A DNA stretch of 64,000 nucleotides from Azolla caroliniana (lineage: Eukaryota; Plantae; Polypodiophyta), in contig JBHGNT010000009.1 in NCBI GenBank assembly GCA_043228905.1, positions 16,058,001-16,122,000 on the forward strand, given 5' to 3'. Within the stretch, counting starts at the first letter, position 1. Each line of letters starts with the position of its first letter. The notes below the pieces were generated by a model that had not been told where the DNA came from, did no database searches, and worked only from the letters and a program-made list of their open reading frames with translations. Both the position numbers and the translations under genes were made by a program. Positions 1-12,914 of this stretch are shown in pieces.

Positions 1-629
1 TGGAGGTCTTTTGTTTGTGAAAAACAACCATCATTTGAGTGGCATAATCATACATGTCTTCTAAGAACATGTAAAGTTTGCCCACGACCACCATTTTGTA
101 GACAGGAGCTTGATGTAGATAACTAACATATTGTGAAATGGAAATATTTAGAGTATGTGAAAGAAAATATAGGTAAGGGTATCAATGAAGTATATAAGGA
201 GACATGTGCTACTACCCTTGTCTAAATAAGGAAGTTAGACAGGACTTGACAATATTATTGGAAGTTGGAGATCATTTTGCAGTGCTCAAATCTCCTCAGA
301 ATGAAGATTTTGAAGACTACTACATTGTGGTGTGCAAGCAAGGAAATACAATATTAGAAGAAGTCGTGAGGGATGGATGGGGCAACATGTTCAATGTTGG
401 TGAGTCTGTCGTGTATGGCAACTACTATGCAAAGTTGCCATAATGCAAGAACACATATGCATTGTTAAAAGATGCACCCACTGCAATTATCTATGCTGAT
501 GCCATTATTGCAATCAAGTTCAAAATGACTCAAGCAAAGCACAAGGTTAAGGGATACAACATTGTCTACAAAGTCCCCAAAGGGGTACACGAACACATAT
601 TGGGGGAGATCTCCCTCTTTAATGCTTAG
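1..629 (+). pseudogene. Disrupted, probably internally deleted DNA-transposase-like remnant (family uncertain, possibly Sola-like)
   Basis: Frame from base 1 reads WRSFVCEKQPSFEWHNHTCLLRTCKVC (Cys/His-rich) with a stop; ORF 204-443 continues past a TAA to a TAG at 627-629. Resembles, from memory, transposase-like proteins of non-seed plants; no catalytic core is visible. Confidence 0.35.
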
Positions 630-836
630 AATGGCAAGTGTTGCGTCTAATGTAACTTTTGCATGTATTCAAACTCTGACTTACAAGTGAAAGGAAATAT
701 ATCATCTTGGGTTTTCTAACAATATCCCTCTTTGGTTTAGAGATGTACGTTTCTTTTACATGAAGTGTCTAGTGCTTGGTAAAAAATCTCATTGGCTAGT
801 ATCTGAGCCTACGCTAGTATCAAAGTTAGGAGTTCA

Positions 837-950
837 TGTGTGCCTATAACTCTTTAGTAGTTCATATGTATCATATGTGTGCCTATAACTCTTTAGTAGT
901 TCATATGTATCATATGTGTGCCTATAACTCTTTAGGATTTCATATGTATA
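837..950. repeat. Tandem repeat, ~39 bp x3
   Basis: Unit tgtgtgcctataactctttagtagttcatatgtatcata repeated three times. Confidence 0.9.
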
Positions 951-1133
951 AAAGTTAGTAGAATGCATACCAAGTTAGTACTAAATTTGTGTTAAGAGTT
1001 TGCTAACGTAGACATATGTAAGATAAGAGTGTTCATTCCACTCATCACTCATCTTCTCACTGTCACATGTGTGCATAACAAGTAAACCAGAATAATGTCA
1101 TGATGAGGGTAATGAATAACTTAACATTCCTAT

Positions 1134-1556
1134 TGTTGAGCAGCAAGCTCAACCGGATCTGGATCGGCTAAATAAGCCTGAGCCGGATCGACATCTAGAA
1201 GGATGAGCTGGATTGGTGAGCCGGTGAGCAAGCAAGCCGGTGAGCTAGGGAGCCGGTTAGCCGGATCCAGCAGTAACCGGAAGCCTAGTAGCAGCCTAGA
1301 CTACTAGGTAGTTAATGTCTCGTAGTTAGTGTCAGACGCTCATGTGATCATTGAAGTACACTGTACCTCTGTCAGTCCTCGTAGGACTTATATAAATAGT
1401 GTTGTTGAGCACGTTGTATGTATAGAGTTTTAGAGTTATTTTGAGTAGAGTTTTTATGTTCTGCTCTTTCTTTGTCTCTCTTGCGTGATAATCTCTCTCT
1501 ATGTTGCTAACGGGCTAGGCCGGTTTGTATGATGCTTCTGCACATAATCTTTTTCA
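1134..1556 (+). mobile_element. Solo LTR (copia family, homologous to the LTR at 51024-51971)
   Basis: TG...CA termini, 5-bp TSD CCTAT (1129-1133 / 1557-1561), TATA-like tatataaata near 1390. Confidence 0.9.
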
Positions 1557-1714
1557 CCTATCAATTACAGACAACCACCCAGATACAATAAACTTATCTA
1601 GGTACTTAGTGGCACTTCATCATCGGATGTAGTAGACTACTGAGTGGCACGAGGCAATAGTAAATTAGCTACAATGCATATCAAGTTAGTACTTAAACTA
1701 TGTTAAGTGTTTAC

Positions 1715-1977
1715 TGTTACACACAGTGCTCGGCCACAACCAAGGAATAGGATCAACTCACAGAAAACAGGAAATACAAAATGCACGAAGACAATAGAGA
1801 GAAGAGTACACAGGATGTTTTACGTGGAAAACCCTAAATGGGAAAAACCACGGGAGTCCTCAGACTCCAACCATCACTATAAACAGAGATGTACAATGGT
1901 GAAGCTACAAGGCAACAACCTTGTGCTCACTGTCTTCGCCACAGGCGGCGGTAATACACAGAGGCAACAACCTCTTC

Positions 1978-2022
<45 letters not shown>

Positions 2023-2347
2023 CTGCTCACTTCACTCTTGCACACATGAGAGTGGCAATACGCAATAGACAAAAAAAACATATAGCAACCATAAACAGTT
2101 TGTCCTAAGTCATATTTATACACATATGACTTTCGGGCTATTTACAGATATAGCCTCAAGGGCCCTTGGCAAACATATTCACAAATATGTCCCCGCATCC
2201 GGATCTCTCTCCGGGTATATTCGTCATCCAGCTCCGTAGCCGGGGTCTTCATCATCCGGCTCCGATACCGGGTACTCCTCATTCGGGTCTTCATTCCCGA
2301 TTCCCGGACATCCGACCATCCCATCCGGAGGGACCGTAATCCCAACA
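1715..2347 (-). repeat. 3' LTR of copia-1
   Basis: tgttacac...cccaaca; adjacent PPT (plus strand aactccccctt, 2348-2358). Confidence 0.95.
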
Positions 2348-2357
2348 AACTCCCCCT

Positions 2358-5300
2358 TCACTTCGGCATGGGATGTCTTTCCAGTCCGACCCTCTTCCGG
2401 CACGCTTCCAGCTTGTCGGGTGTGAGCACTTTGGTCAGCATATCTGACCCGTTCTCGTCCGTGTGGATCTTCGTCAGCACGAACTCCTGGTCTTCTATCC
2501 TTTCCCGGATCCAGTGATATCTTCGCTGGATGTGCTTCGTCCGGGAGTGATAGGCCGCGTTCTTCGCAAGGTGGATGGCACTCTGACTGTCGCAGTAGAG
2601 TCGGTACTCCTCCTGCCGGATACCGAGCTCTCTAATGAAGTCCTTCATCCATATTATTTCCTTGCCGGCTTCAACAGCCGCCATGTACTCCGCCTCCGTG
2701 GTTGACAACGCAACCGTCTTCTGCAGCCTCGACTGCCACGAAACAGCTCCCCCTGCATACGTCATCACATACCCTGATGTGGACCGGATGGTATCTACAT
2801 CAGCCGACATATCCGAATCGGTAAAGCCGTCGAGTTCGGGCTTACCGGAGCCGAATCGGAGGCATACATTTGCCGTGCCCTTCAGGTATCAGAGTATCCA
2901 CTTGGCCGCGTTCCAGTGCTCTTTGCCGGGATTGCTCATGTACCGGCTCACCACTCCGACTGCATATCCTATGTCCGGTCTTGTACACACCATTGCGTAC
3001 ATCAAGCTTCCGACGGCAGAGGCATATGGTACTTTCATCATGTCCTCCTTCTCAGCCTTTGTCTTGGGGCTTTGCTTGCTGGACAACTTGCAGTTTGCCG
3101 GGAGGGTTGACCCGACCGGTCTTGCTTCCGACATGTTGAACCGGTGAAGCACCTTTGTCACGTACTTCTCCTGTGACAGCCACAACTGCTTCTTCTTCCG
3201 GTCCCGGATGATGTGCATCCCTAGTATTTGCCTCGCCGGACCCAGGTCCGTCATTGAGAAGGTTCGGTGAAGCGCTTTCTTCAGCATCCGTATCTTGACC
3301 TGGTCCCGTCCGACGATCAACATGTCGTCCACGTACAGGAGGAGTATTAGAAAGTCTCCTCCTTCGAACTTCTTCACAAACACGCAGTGATCGGACTGCG
3401 TTTTGTGGTACCCTTCGTCGGTCATGAAAGAGTCGAACTTCCGGTACCATTGCCGGGGAGCCTGCTTCAGTCCGTAAAGGCTCTTCTTCAACCGGCATAC
3501 CAGGTGCTCCTTCCCTTTCTTCTCGAATCCTTCCGGTTGCTGCATGTAGATCTCTTCTTCAAGGTCACCGTGAAGGAATGCCGTCTTCACGTCCATCTGT
3601 TCTACCTCGAGGTCCATGCTTGCCGCTATACTCAGCACCGTCCGGATGGAGGTCATCTTCACTACCGGGGCAAATATCTCGTCGAAGTCGACGCCCTTCT
3701 TTTGCTGGAACCCCTTCACCACGATCCTGGCTTTGTATCTCGAGGGGTTTCCGGCATCTCCCGGTTTCAGCTTGAACACCCACTTGTTTCGAAGTGCCCG
3801 CTTTCCTTTCGGCAACTCCACAAGTTCATATGTGTGGTTCTCATGCAGGGAATCCATCTCCTCCTGCATGGCACTTAACCACCTGCGGCTATGGGTGTCA
3901 AGCTTTGCTTCTTCAAAACTCTTCGGCTCCCCCTCGTCGGTTAGCAGGACGTGCTCCGGTTCCGGAAATCTCCGGGGGGCCCTTCTCTCTCTTAGAGGGT
4001 ATCTCCGTTCCGGAGCTTCGGTAACCGGCTCCTCCGTTTCCTCTTCATCCGAATCCATTTCGGGATCGGGGCCAGTTCCGGTATCAGTTTCATCTTCCTT
4101 GGCCGGTTCTGTTTCTTCACCGTCTTCGGCCGGATCCTCGAGTGCTAACCGGTCCCTTGCCGGTCGGGACTGCTCCTCGTAGAGTTGATCCTCACCGGTC
4201 GACTTGGAGCTCTTCATCTTCTTCTCCGACTCCCAGTCGGTGAGTGTCTTGTCCTCCATGAAGACGATATCTCGACTCCTGAATATCTTCTTGTCGACCG
4301 GGTCCCATACTCGGTAGCCGAACTCGTCGTCGCCGTAACCGAGGAATATGCATGGCCGGGTCTTTGGATCTAGCTTTCCTCTCCGGTCCTTTGCCACATG
4401 CACATATACGAGACACCCGAACACCTTCAGATGCCGGTAGGATGCTTCCCTACCGGTCCACACTTTCTGCGGCGTGTCTCCGTCCAAAGGTACTGAGGGT
4501 GATCTGTTTATCACGTATGTCGCCGTCGACATTGCCTCAGCCCAAAACCCCTTGGGTAATTTCGCATGCGCCAGCATACTCCGGACCCTCTCCATTATGG
4601 TCCGGTTCATCCTCTCGGCCAACCCGTTCAGTTCCGGCGTCTTCGGCACAGTAAACTCGAGCCGAATTCCCATCGAACGGCAATACTCCTCAAATTGCCC
4701 TCGGTATTCTCCTCCGTTATCCGCTCGTAGTGCTTTCAGCTTCTTGCCGGATTCTCTTTCCACTCTCGCGTGGAGTTCTTTGAAGACGGACAATACTTGG
4801 TCCTTTGTCTTCAACGGTGCCGTCCACAGCTTCCGGCTGTGGTCATCAATGAATGTCACGAAGTACTGGGCTCTGCCATGTGACTTCGTTTCTACTTGAC
4901 ACACGTCAGTGTGCACCAACTCCAATGGTGCGCTACGTCTCGTCGGTGGCCTTGAGTGGAAGGAGGTTCGGTTCTGCTTACCGGCCAGGCAATCGGTGCA
5001 CTTCTCCAGGTGCACATGCTTCACTGGAATAAGGTTGTCTTCTGCAAGCCTCTTCATCCCCTTCTCACTCATGTGGCACAGTCTCTTGTGCCACAGCTCA
5101 CCGGCAGTGTCAGCTGCCACGTTCAACTCCTCCGGACATAGCCGGGAATTCATCAGGTACAGTGTGTTGACCTTCCGGGCCCGAGCCACTATCAGGCTCC
5201 CTTTGTTGAACTTCATGACACCGTTCCGGATGCTACCCGTGTAGCCTTCATCGTCTAGCCTCCCGGCCGAAATCAGGTTCAATCGAACCTCCGGAACGTG

Positions 5301-6431
5301 TCGGACATCCTTCAGCAGCATCTTGCATCCGATTGATGTCATCAGCCACACGTCTCCTATGCCGGCAATCCGCCATGTACCTTCATTTCCCATCCGGACA
5401 CAGCCGTGCTCACCGGCTGTGTAGGATGAGAAGTATTTCTTCTCCGGGGTCAGGTGGAACGACGCTCCGGAATCGACCACCTAGGTCATCTCTTCACTGG
5501 CAAGGTTCAGCTCCCTCTCTTCGGTAATGAGCATTATCTCTTCTTCACTTGCCGCGAGTGCCGTCGTTCCTTTCCGGTCCTGCCCTCGCCGATCCGGACC
5601 TCTCCGGTCCGTGGCTCCCCGGTATGCACCGTTTCGCTCCGGTGACTTCTTCGAATCGGTACCGTCGGTTCCGTTGTCTTTCCGGAAATGCCGACAGTTC
5701 TTCTGGAAGTGCCCCGGCTTTCCACAGTAGAAGCATGTAGGTCTTCCCCTCGACTGCGACCGTGTCCCCGACTTCTCCCGTCTTTGCGGACTCCGGTTCC
5801 GTTGTCTTCCCCGTTCCGATTCGGTAAGCAGCGCCTTCGAGTCGGAGGCCGGTTCTTTATCTCTCCGACGCGCTTCTTCATTTAGAATACTTGTCTTTAC
5901 CGTTAGTAAAGACAAGTTCTCTTCCTTACAGGAGGTGCTGAGAGTAACTACCAAGTTCTCCCAGCTCTCCGGAAGGGTACACATCAGCATGATGGCTTGC
6001 ATTGCGTCATCCAACGGGAACTTGATCGCCGCAAGCTGGTTCACGAATCCCATGAACGTGCTGATGTGTTCGACCATGCTCTCGCCGTCCCGGTACTTAA
6101 GATTCACTATCTTCCTCATCAGGGAGGTCCAGGTCAGAGCATTCTTCCTCTCATAAAGTCCGGACAGCTTCTGCCACATCTCATAGGCGTTCGTATCGTT
6201 CGCCACATGTTGCAGAACACTTACATCGACGTATTGCCGGATCGTCGCTACGGCTTTCCGGTTCAGGAGCTTCCACTCCGACTCTATTACCCCCTTGGGT
6301 ATCTCGGCATTGTCGATCGGTTCGTACAGGTCTCGGACGATGAGAAGGTCTTCCATCTTTATCTTCCAGTCGGCGTAGTTCTGTGAGTTCAACACCATCA
6401 TGCCCGGAGGCCCACTACCGCCGCCTTCCAT
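2358..6431 (-). pseudogene. Copia-1 gag-pol polyprotein, one reading frame with two premature stops
   Basis: CCHC knuckle CFYCGKPGHFQKNC, PR DSGASFH, integrase WHKRLCH...CTDC and DDE core, RT YVDD, RNase H. Stops are TAG at 5481-5483 (Trp in the paralog) and TGA at 2889-2891. Confidence 0.93.
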
Positions 6432-6447
6432 TTTCTGTGTTAACCTC

Positions 6448-6459
6448 GCTCTGATACCA
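6448..6459 (-). promoter_or_regulatory. Primer-binding site complementary to tRNA-iMet (copia-1)
   Basis: TGGTATCAGAGC, 3 nt inside the 5' LTR boundary. Confidence 0.93.
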
Positions 6460-6462
6460 CTT

Positions 6463-7079
6463 TGTTACACACAGTGCTCGGCCACAACCAAAGAATAGGA
6501 TCAACTCACAGAAAACAGGAAATACAAAATGCACGAAGACAATAGAGAGAAGAGTACACAGGATGTTTTACGTGGAAAACCCTAAATGGGAAAAACCACG
6601 GGAGTCCTCAGACTCCAACCATCACTATAAACAGAGATGTACAATGGTGAAGCTACAAGGCAACAACCTTGTGCTCACTGTCTTCGCCACAGGCGGCGGT
6701 AATACACAGAGGTAACGACCTCTTCGTCTCTCTCTCTCTCTCTCTCTCTCTCGGCTGCTCACTTCACTCTTGCACACATGGGAGTGGCAATACGCAATAG
6801 ACAAAAAAAACATATAGCAACCATAAACAGTTTGCCCTAAGTCATATTTATACACATATGACTTTCGGGCTATTTACAGATATAGCCTCAAGGGCCCTTG
6901 GCAAACATATTCACAAATATGTCCCCGCATCCGGATCTCTCTCCGGGTACATTCGTCATCCGGCTCCGTAGCCGGGGTCTTCATCATCCGGCTCCGATAC
7001 CGGGTACTCCTCATTCGGGTCTTCATTCCCGATTCCCGGACATCCGACCATCCCATCCGGAGGGACCGTAATCCCAACA
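6463..7079 (-). repeat. 5' LTR of copia-1
   Basis: Near-identical to 1715-2347; followed by TSD TTTAC at 7080-7084. Confidence 0.95.
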
Positions 7080-7507
7080 TTTACTAACATAGACATATCT
7101 AAGATAGGAGTGTTCATTCCACTCATGACTTTACATTCTCACCATCACATGTGTGCATAACAAGTAAATTAAAACTGTGTCAAGATGAGGGTAATCAATG
7201 ACTTAGCATTCCTATCAATAACTTTGCATCCAATTCACATCCTGGATATGTAAACCCCATTCGTGTCAAGAAGTAGGTAATCAATAACTTTACATTCGGT
7301 AATCAATTACATACAACGATCAAAATACAATAAACTTTGGTTTTAGATTTTTTGGGATCTTGTAATGCACCTATTTTTGGTTTCATTCTTCTCAGATTTC
7401 ACACCCTTCTTCATCTTAAAACCACGAGGTAGTAAACTACTTAGTGGAAATTCATCATCGGAGGGTGAAGCCAAGCTTGAGGAAACAGTGTGCTCTATTT
7501 CAACTGC

Positions 7508-8946
7508 CTAAGATGCACACACTTCCAAGAAGATGCGGTCGATAGTCTTACTAGAAATCTCTTGGAGGTCATTGGACGTGTCATTCTTCAATTTTCCTGG
7601 CTCCACTACCACATTATTAGGAGTACAAACATGTTCCTCATCTTGGGTGCTTGCCTTCATTGCAAACTCCCTGTTGATCAAGTTAGACACTTGCTCCAAG
7701 TGCAAGCTACTTGCAGTATTTTGGACAGACACCTCATTCGTAGTACCACACTCTCCTTCTTCTTGGGTAGTTGCGGGGGTCTCCTTAATGATACAACCTT
7801 GCCCTAGGTTAAGGCTGCTTGTGGTGTTTTGGACACACACCTCATTCTTTGTACAACCATGATCCTCTCCTTGGGTCAATTTCACATTCTCTGCAGACTC
7901 CATTGCAAAGTTGCTTGTCACCTCATGATTTGTCCACCCCAGCTCTTCTTTTTGGGTGATCTCACATTCCTCATGTGTGGTAGCATCTGAGCCTGAATAA
8001 TCAAGATTGCTCCATAAACTGCCTAAATCATCTGATGGTATTTGTGAATCTACATGCTCTTCTACTCCTAAATAACAATAAAGTGATGCAAGAACAATAT
8101 CAATTCACATTCTGAAAAAGTGAATTGATATGGTTAAGGTACAAATGTTTATGGTTAAGGTACAAATGTTTACCTACTGTTACACCGTCATTGTTGATTG
8201 GGATGGTCCCAGTTTCAAGTTGGGGCTCTTCATCATGCCAATATTTCACAACACTCTCTATGTATTAATTCACTTGTACATTATTGTCGCGTGAAGTAAT
8301 ATGGTCAAAATAACAATTATATGAGAGGGCTCCCAACATGTACCTGGAAGTGAGATAAATTCTTCTTCATATTGTGGCTCTGAATCTATATCTCCATTTC
8401 CATTACTCTTTTCTTCCTTGTCTAAAAACAAAAGTATGTAGTATTAGTCTAACTCATCAAGATGACAACAACCACAAGTTTGTGAGAATTTGTATTACCA
8501 ACCACAACAATCAACTTTGCATTTCTTCCCCTTTCTGTCAATTTCCTTGCAGCATTACGCTTCTTCATAGGCTCTTTGATAGAAACATAATAAATTAGTA
8601 GTATACCAACATTTCAGAAATTAGAAAGGCAAACACAATTAGCATTACCATTCACATAGTCAGGGCGTGCTGAGCTAGGAGATTTTGTTTCAAGCATCAC
8701 ATCTTCAATTATTTCAATGGCCTTTCTCATACATTCATCTTCATCATAAACTTCATTAGGTACCACTAAGGAATGACCGTGCACTTTGGAATTTGCAGCA
8801 GACTCTGTACGTAGTATCGTGGGGCCTGGTTTGTCAATTACCTTCCCTGGTGTGGTGTTGCTAGAAACTACAACATTCATATTATACGCATACATATTAT
8901 AACATGAGTTCAAAATTACAAATATAGTACTGATCCACCTGGACAT
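7508..8946 (-). pseudogene. Decayed, apparently intron-containing ORF with internal peptide repeats; function unknown, possibly transposon accessory gene
   Basis: ORF 7508-7921 has repeated T-Q-x-E-x-x-x-x-T-x-N-E-V units; GT..AG-bounded segments near 8070-8345; in-frame stops. Confidence 0.35.
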
Positions 8947-9424
8947 GCATATTTCATCTGGTAACGAACAATGTTAGTACTAAAAAGCCAACGCATTCAT
9001 GTCTATTTGTTCGGTCATGCAAAGCCTAATTCAAGTGGACACAAAAAGTACAATGCAATAAGCAATGTTAGACTTACTAATACAAGTTATAGAACTAAAC
9101 ATTTAGGACCCTCTGTACCAAATAATCAATACTAAATCAATTGATCATGAAGGAATACAATGTATTAAGTAATGTTAGTACTTAATCAACATCATAGGAA
9201 CTTAAAGGATTAGTACTAAGCCACTTGGACATGCATATTTCATATGGTAATGAACAATGTTAGTACTAAAAAGCCAAGAACTTCATGCCTATTTCTTCGG
9301 TTATGCAAAGCCTAAGTCAAGTGGACTGAAAAAGTACAATGCAATTAACCAATGTTAGTACTAATACGAGTTATACAACTAAACATTTAAGGTCCTCTGT
9401 ACTAAATAATCAATATTGAATCAA
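8935..9424. repeat. Tandem repeat of ~287 bp, resuming at 20365-20445 after the copia-2 insertion
   Basis: ccac(c/t)tggacatgcatatttcat..aatgttagtactaaaaagcc at ~8935 and ~9222; ccacttggacat recurs at 20434. Confidence 0.85.
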
Positions 9425-12400
9425 TCAAGAAATACGCGGAATAATCTCCGGCAACAACCAAAGGGAAAATCACTCGATACAATCGAACACAGACGAAATG
9501 GGAATGGAGGTAAGTGCACGAAAAAACAAAAGAGAATACACAAGATATTAACGTGGAAAACCCTGAGAGGGAAAAACCACGGGAGTCCACAGACTCCAAA
9601 CTATCACTATGTAAAGTAATACAATAGGGAGCACAGAGGCAACGACCTCTTGCTCACAATTTTCACCTCGCGGCGGTTACAACAGAGACACACTCTATGT
9701 ATGTCGCTCTCTCTCTCTCTCTTACGCACTGTACTGAGGTTACACCAACAACAACACTCTAAATTTGCCCTAAGTCATATTTATACTAATATGACTTTTC
9801 GGCTATTTACAAATATAGCCCCAATGGACTCTCAGAAACATATTTACGAATATGTCCCTTCATCCGGTGAGCACTCCTCACCGGGCCTGCATCATCCGGC
9901 TCTTGCCGGGCACTCGTCATCCGGTTCTCACCGGGCCTTCACCATCCGGCTCTTGTCGGGCACTCGTCATCTGGTTCTCACCAGGTCTTCTGTTGTCGGG
10001 TACTCCTATCCCATCCGGTGGGATCTGTTTCCTAACAAACTCCCCCTTCACTCCGGCATGGGATGTCTTACTAGTCCGATCCGCTTCCGACATGCATCCA
10101 ACTTGTCGGGTATCAGTACTTTGGTCAGCATATCTGAACCGTTCTTGGCCGTGTGGATCTTCGTCAGTGCGAACTCTCGATCTTCTACTCACTCTCGGAT
10201 CTAGTGATACCTACGCTGGATATGCTTCGTCCTGGAATGGTACGTTGCGTTCTTAGTAAGGTGGATGGCACTTTGACTGTCGCAATAGAGCCGATATTCA
10301 TCTTGCCGGATACCGAGTTCTCCGATGATGTCCTTCATCCATAATATTTCCTTGCCGGCTTCCACAACCGCCATGTACTCTGCCTCCGTGGTTGACAACG
10401 CAACCGTCTTCTGTAGCCTCGATTGCCACGAAACAGCTCCCCTAGCATATGTCATTACATACCCGGATGTAGACGGGTTGGTATCCACATCAGCCGACAT
10501 GTCCGAATCGGTAAAACCGTCAAGTTGAGGTTTACCGGAGCTGAATCGGAGACACATATTTCAAGTGCCCTTCAAGTACTGGAGTATCCATTTGACCGCG
10601 TTTTAGTGCTCCTTGCCGGGATTGCTCATAAACCGGCTCACCACTCCGACTGCGTATCCAATATCCGGTTGAGTACACACCATTGCGTACATCAAGCTCC
10701 CGACGACAGAGGCATATGGCGCCTTCATCATATCTGCCTTCTCTGCTTTCGTCTTCGGGCTTTGCTTACCGGATAATCTGCAGTTTGCCGGAAGTGTCGA
10801 TCCGACCGGTTTCATGTCTGACATGTTGAACCGCTGAAGCACCTTTGTCACGTACTTCTCCTTTGACAACCACAATTGCTTCTTTGGCCAGTCCCGGATG
10901 ATATACATCCCCAACATCTGTCTTGTCGGACCCAAGTCTTTCATTGCGAAAGTTCGGTTGAGAGCCTTCTTCAGCATCCGTATTTTGGCTTGGTCCCGTC
11001 CGACGATCAACATGTCGTCCACGTATAGAAGGAGTATCAGGAAGTCGCCTCCTTCGAACTTCTTCACAAACACGCAGTGATCGGCCTGCGTCTTGTGGTA
11101 CCCTTGATTAATCATGAAGGAGTCGAACTTCCGGTACCATTGTCGGGGAGCCTGCTTCAGTCCATACAGGCTCTTCTTCAACCGGCAAACCAGGTGCTCC
11201 TTCCCTTTCTCCATGAATCCTTCCGGTTGCTGCATGTAGATCTCCTCTTCGAGGTCACCGTGAAGGAATGCCGTCTTCACGTCCAACGGCTCTACCCCGA
11301 GGTCCATGCTTGCCGCTATACTCAGCACTGTTTGGATGGAGGTCATCTTTACTACCGGGGCAAATATCTCATCGAAGTCCACGCCCTTCTTCTGTTGGAA
11401 CCCCTTCACCACGATCCTTGCTTTGTATCTCGGGGGGTTGCCGGCATCTCCCGATTTCAACTTGTACACCCACTTATTTCGGAGTGCCCGCTTTTCTTTT
11501 GGCAACTCCACCAATTCGTACGTATGGTTCTCATGCAGGGAATCCATCTCATCCTGCATGACACTTAACCACTTCCGGTTGTGCGTGTCATCCTTCGCTT
11601 CTTCGAAGCTTTCCGACTCTCCCTCATCGGTCAGCAGCACATGCTCTGCATTTGGAAATCTCCGGGGGGGCCTTCTCTCTCTGAGAGGATATCTCCGTCT
11701 TTGGCCTTCGGCAACCGGCTACACTATTTGATCTTTATCCGAATCTAATTCGGGGTCTTGGCCGGTTCCGATTTCAGCTTCCTCTACTTCTTCTTCTGCC
11801 GGTTCCGTATCCTCACCGTAACCGGCTGGTTCCTCGAGTGTCAACCGGCTCTTAGCCAAGTGTGTTCGAATCTCATCGGAGTTCATTATCTTCTTCTTCA
11901 ACTCCCAGTCGGCAAGCGTCTTGTCCTCCATGAAGATAATATCTCGACTCCGGAAAGCCTTCTTGTCAACTGGATCCCACACTAGGTAGCCGAACTCATC
12001 ATCGTCGTATCCGAGGAATATGCATGGCCGGGTCTTTGGATCCAACTTTCCTCTCCGGTCCTTAGCAACATGCACGTACATGAGACACCCGAACACCTTC
12101 AGATGCTAGTAGGACACTTCCTTACCAGTCCACACCTTCTGCGGTGTGTCTCCATCCAAGGGCACTGAGGGTGATCTGTTTATCACATACGTTGCCGTCG
12201 ACAGTGCCTCAGCCCAAAACGTCTTGGGTAATTGTGCATGCGCCAGCATACTCCAAACCCTCTCCATTATGGTCCGGTTCATCCTCTCGGCCAGCCCGTT
12301 TAGTTCCGGCGTCTTCGGCACGGTAAATTCGAGCCGGATTCCCTTCGAGCGACAGTACTCCTCGAACTACCCCCGGTATTCACCTCCGTTATCTGCTCGA

Positions 12401-12621
12401 ACCGCCTTCAGCTTCCGACTGGTTTCTCTTTCCACTCTCGCGTGGAGCTCTTTGAAGACGGATAACACCTGATCCTTCGTCTTCAACGGTGTGGTCCACA
12501 GCTTCCAGTTGTGGTCATTGTCAGGAACAGTACTAAGATAGAGAAGGAATTAGTACTAAAAGAAGTATTAGTACTAAGAGAGGTGAAGAACTCTCAAGAG
12601 AAGGAAAGAGTGAGTGAGAGG

Positions 12622-12700
<79 letters not shown>

Positions 12701-12914
12701 AGAAAAGATATATATTATGTGAAGAGAATGTACAGTAGTAGCTAGGAGGCTTAAGACTGGCGTTGAACCGATTTGGTTCGAAATAATGCCTCGTGCCTCC
12801 TTTTATAGTGTTCTAAGGAATACTCCTGAAGTTTCTAGAATGTTCTAGAGAAATCTGGAATATACATCAATTTTCTATAATAAAACATAAATGAAAATAA
12901 TATTCTACGTATTA

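Larger units (their letters stand above)
1715..7079 (-). mobile_element. Full-length Ty1/copia LTR retrotransposon (Tnt1/Tto1, Tork-like), copia-1
   Basis: LTRs 1715-2347 and 6463-7079 (about 7 substitutions plus microsatellite/poly-A length differences), TSD TTTAC, PBS TGGTATCAGAGC, PPT, gag-PR-IN-RT-RH order. Confidence 0.97.
955..7215. repeat. Diverged direct repeat: copy A ~955-1133; copy B ~1665-1714 plus 7085-7215, split by copia-1
   Basis: aatgcata..caagttagtact..tgttaag..gtgttcattccactcat..cacatgtgtgcataacaagtaaa..gatgagggtaat..cattcctat is present in both copies. Confidence 0.8.

Noticed and set aside
837-950. Regularly spaced repeats resembling a CRISPR array
   Set aside because: Units are contiguous with no unique spacers, in a eukaryotic context with no cas genes.
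1707-2348. ORFs within LTRs and microsatellites (also 6625-7080, 9650-10204, 12511-12738, 20003-20362, 52461-52682)
   Set aside because: Low-complexity translations of (CT/GA/CA)n and LTR sequence with no protein motifs.
5481-5483. In-frame TAG exactly at the gag/protease boundary, resembling MuLV-type programmed readthrough
   Set aside because: It replaces the conserved Trp of W-V-V-D-S-G-A-S; the paralog at ~18824 has TGG, and a second stop occurs downstream, so it is best read as mutation.
2463-6386. Many antisense and alternative-frame ORFs over the copia pol
   Set aside because: Expected shadows of GC-rich coding sequence; no independent motifs.
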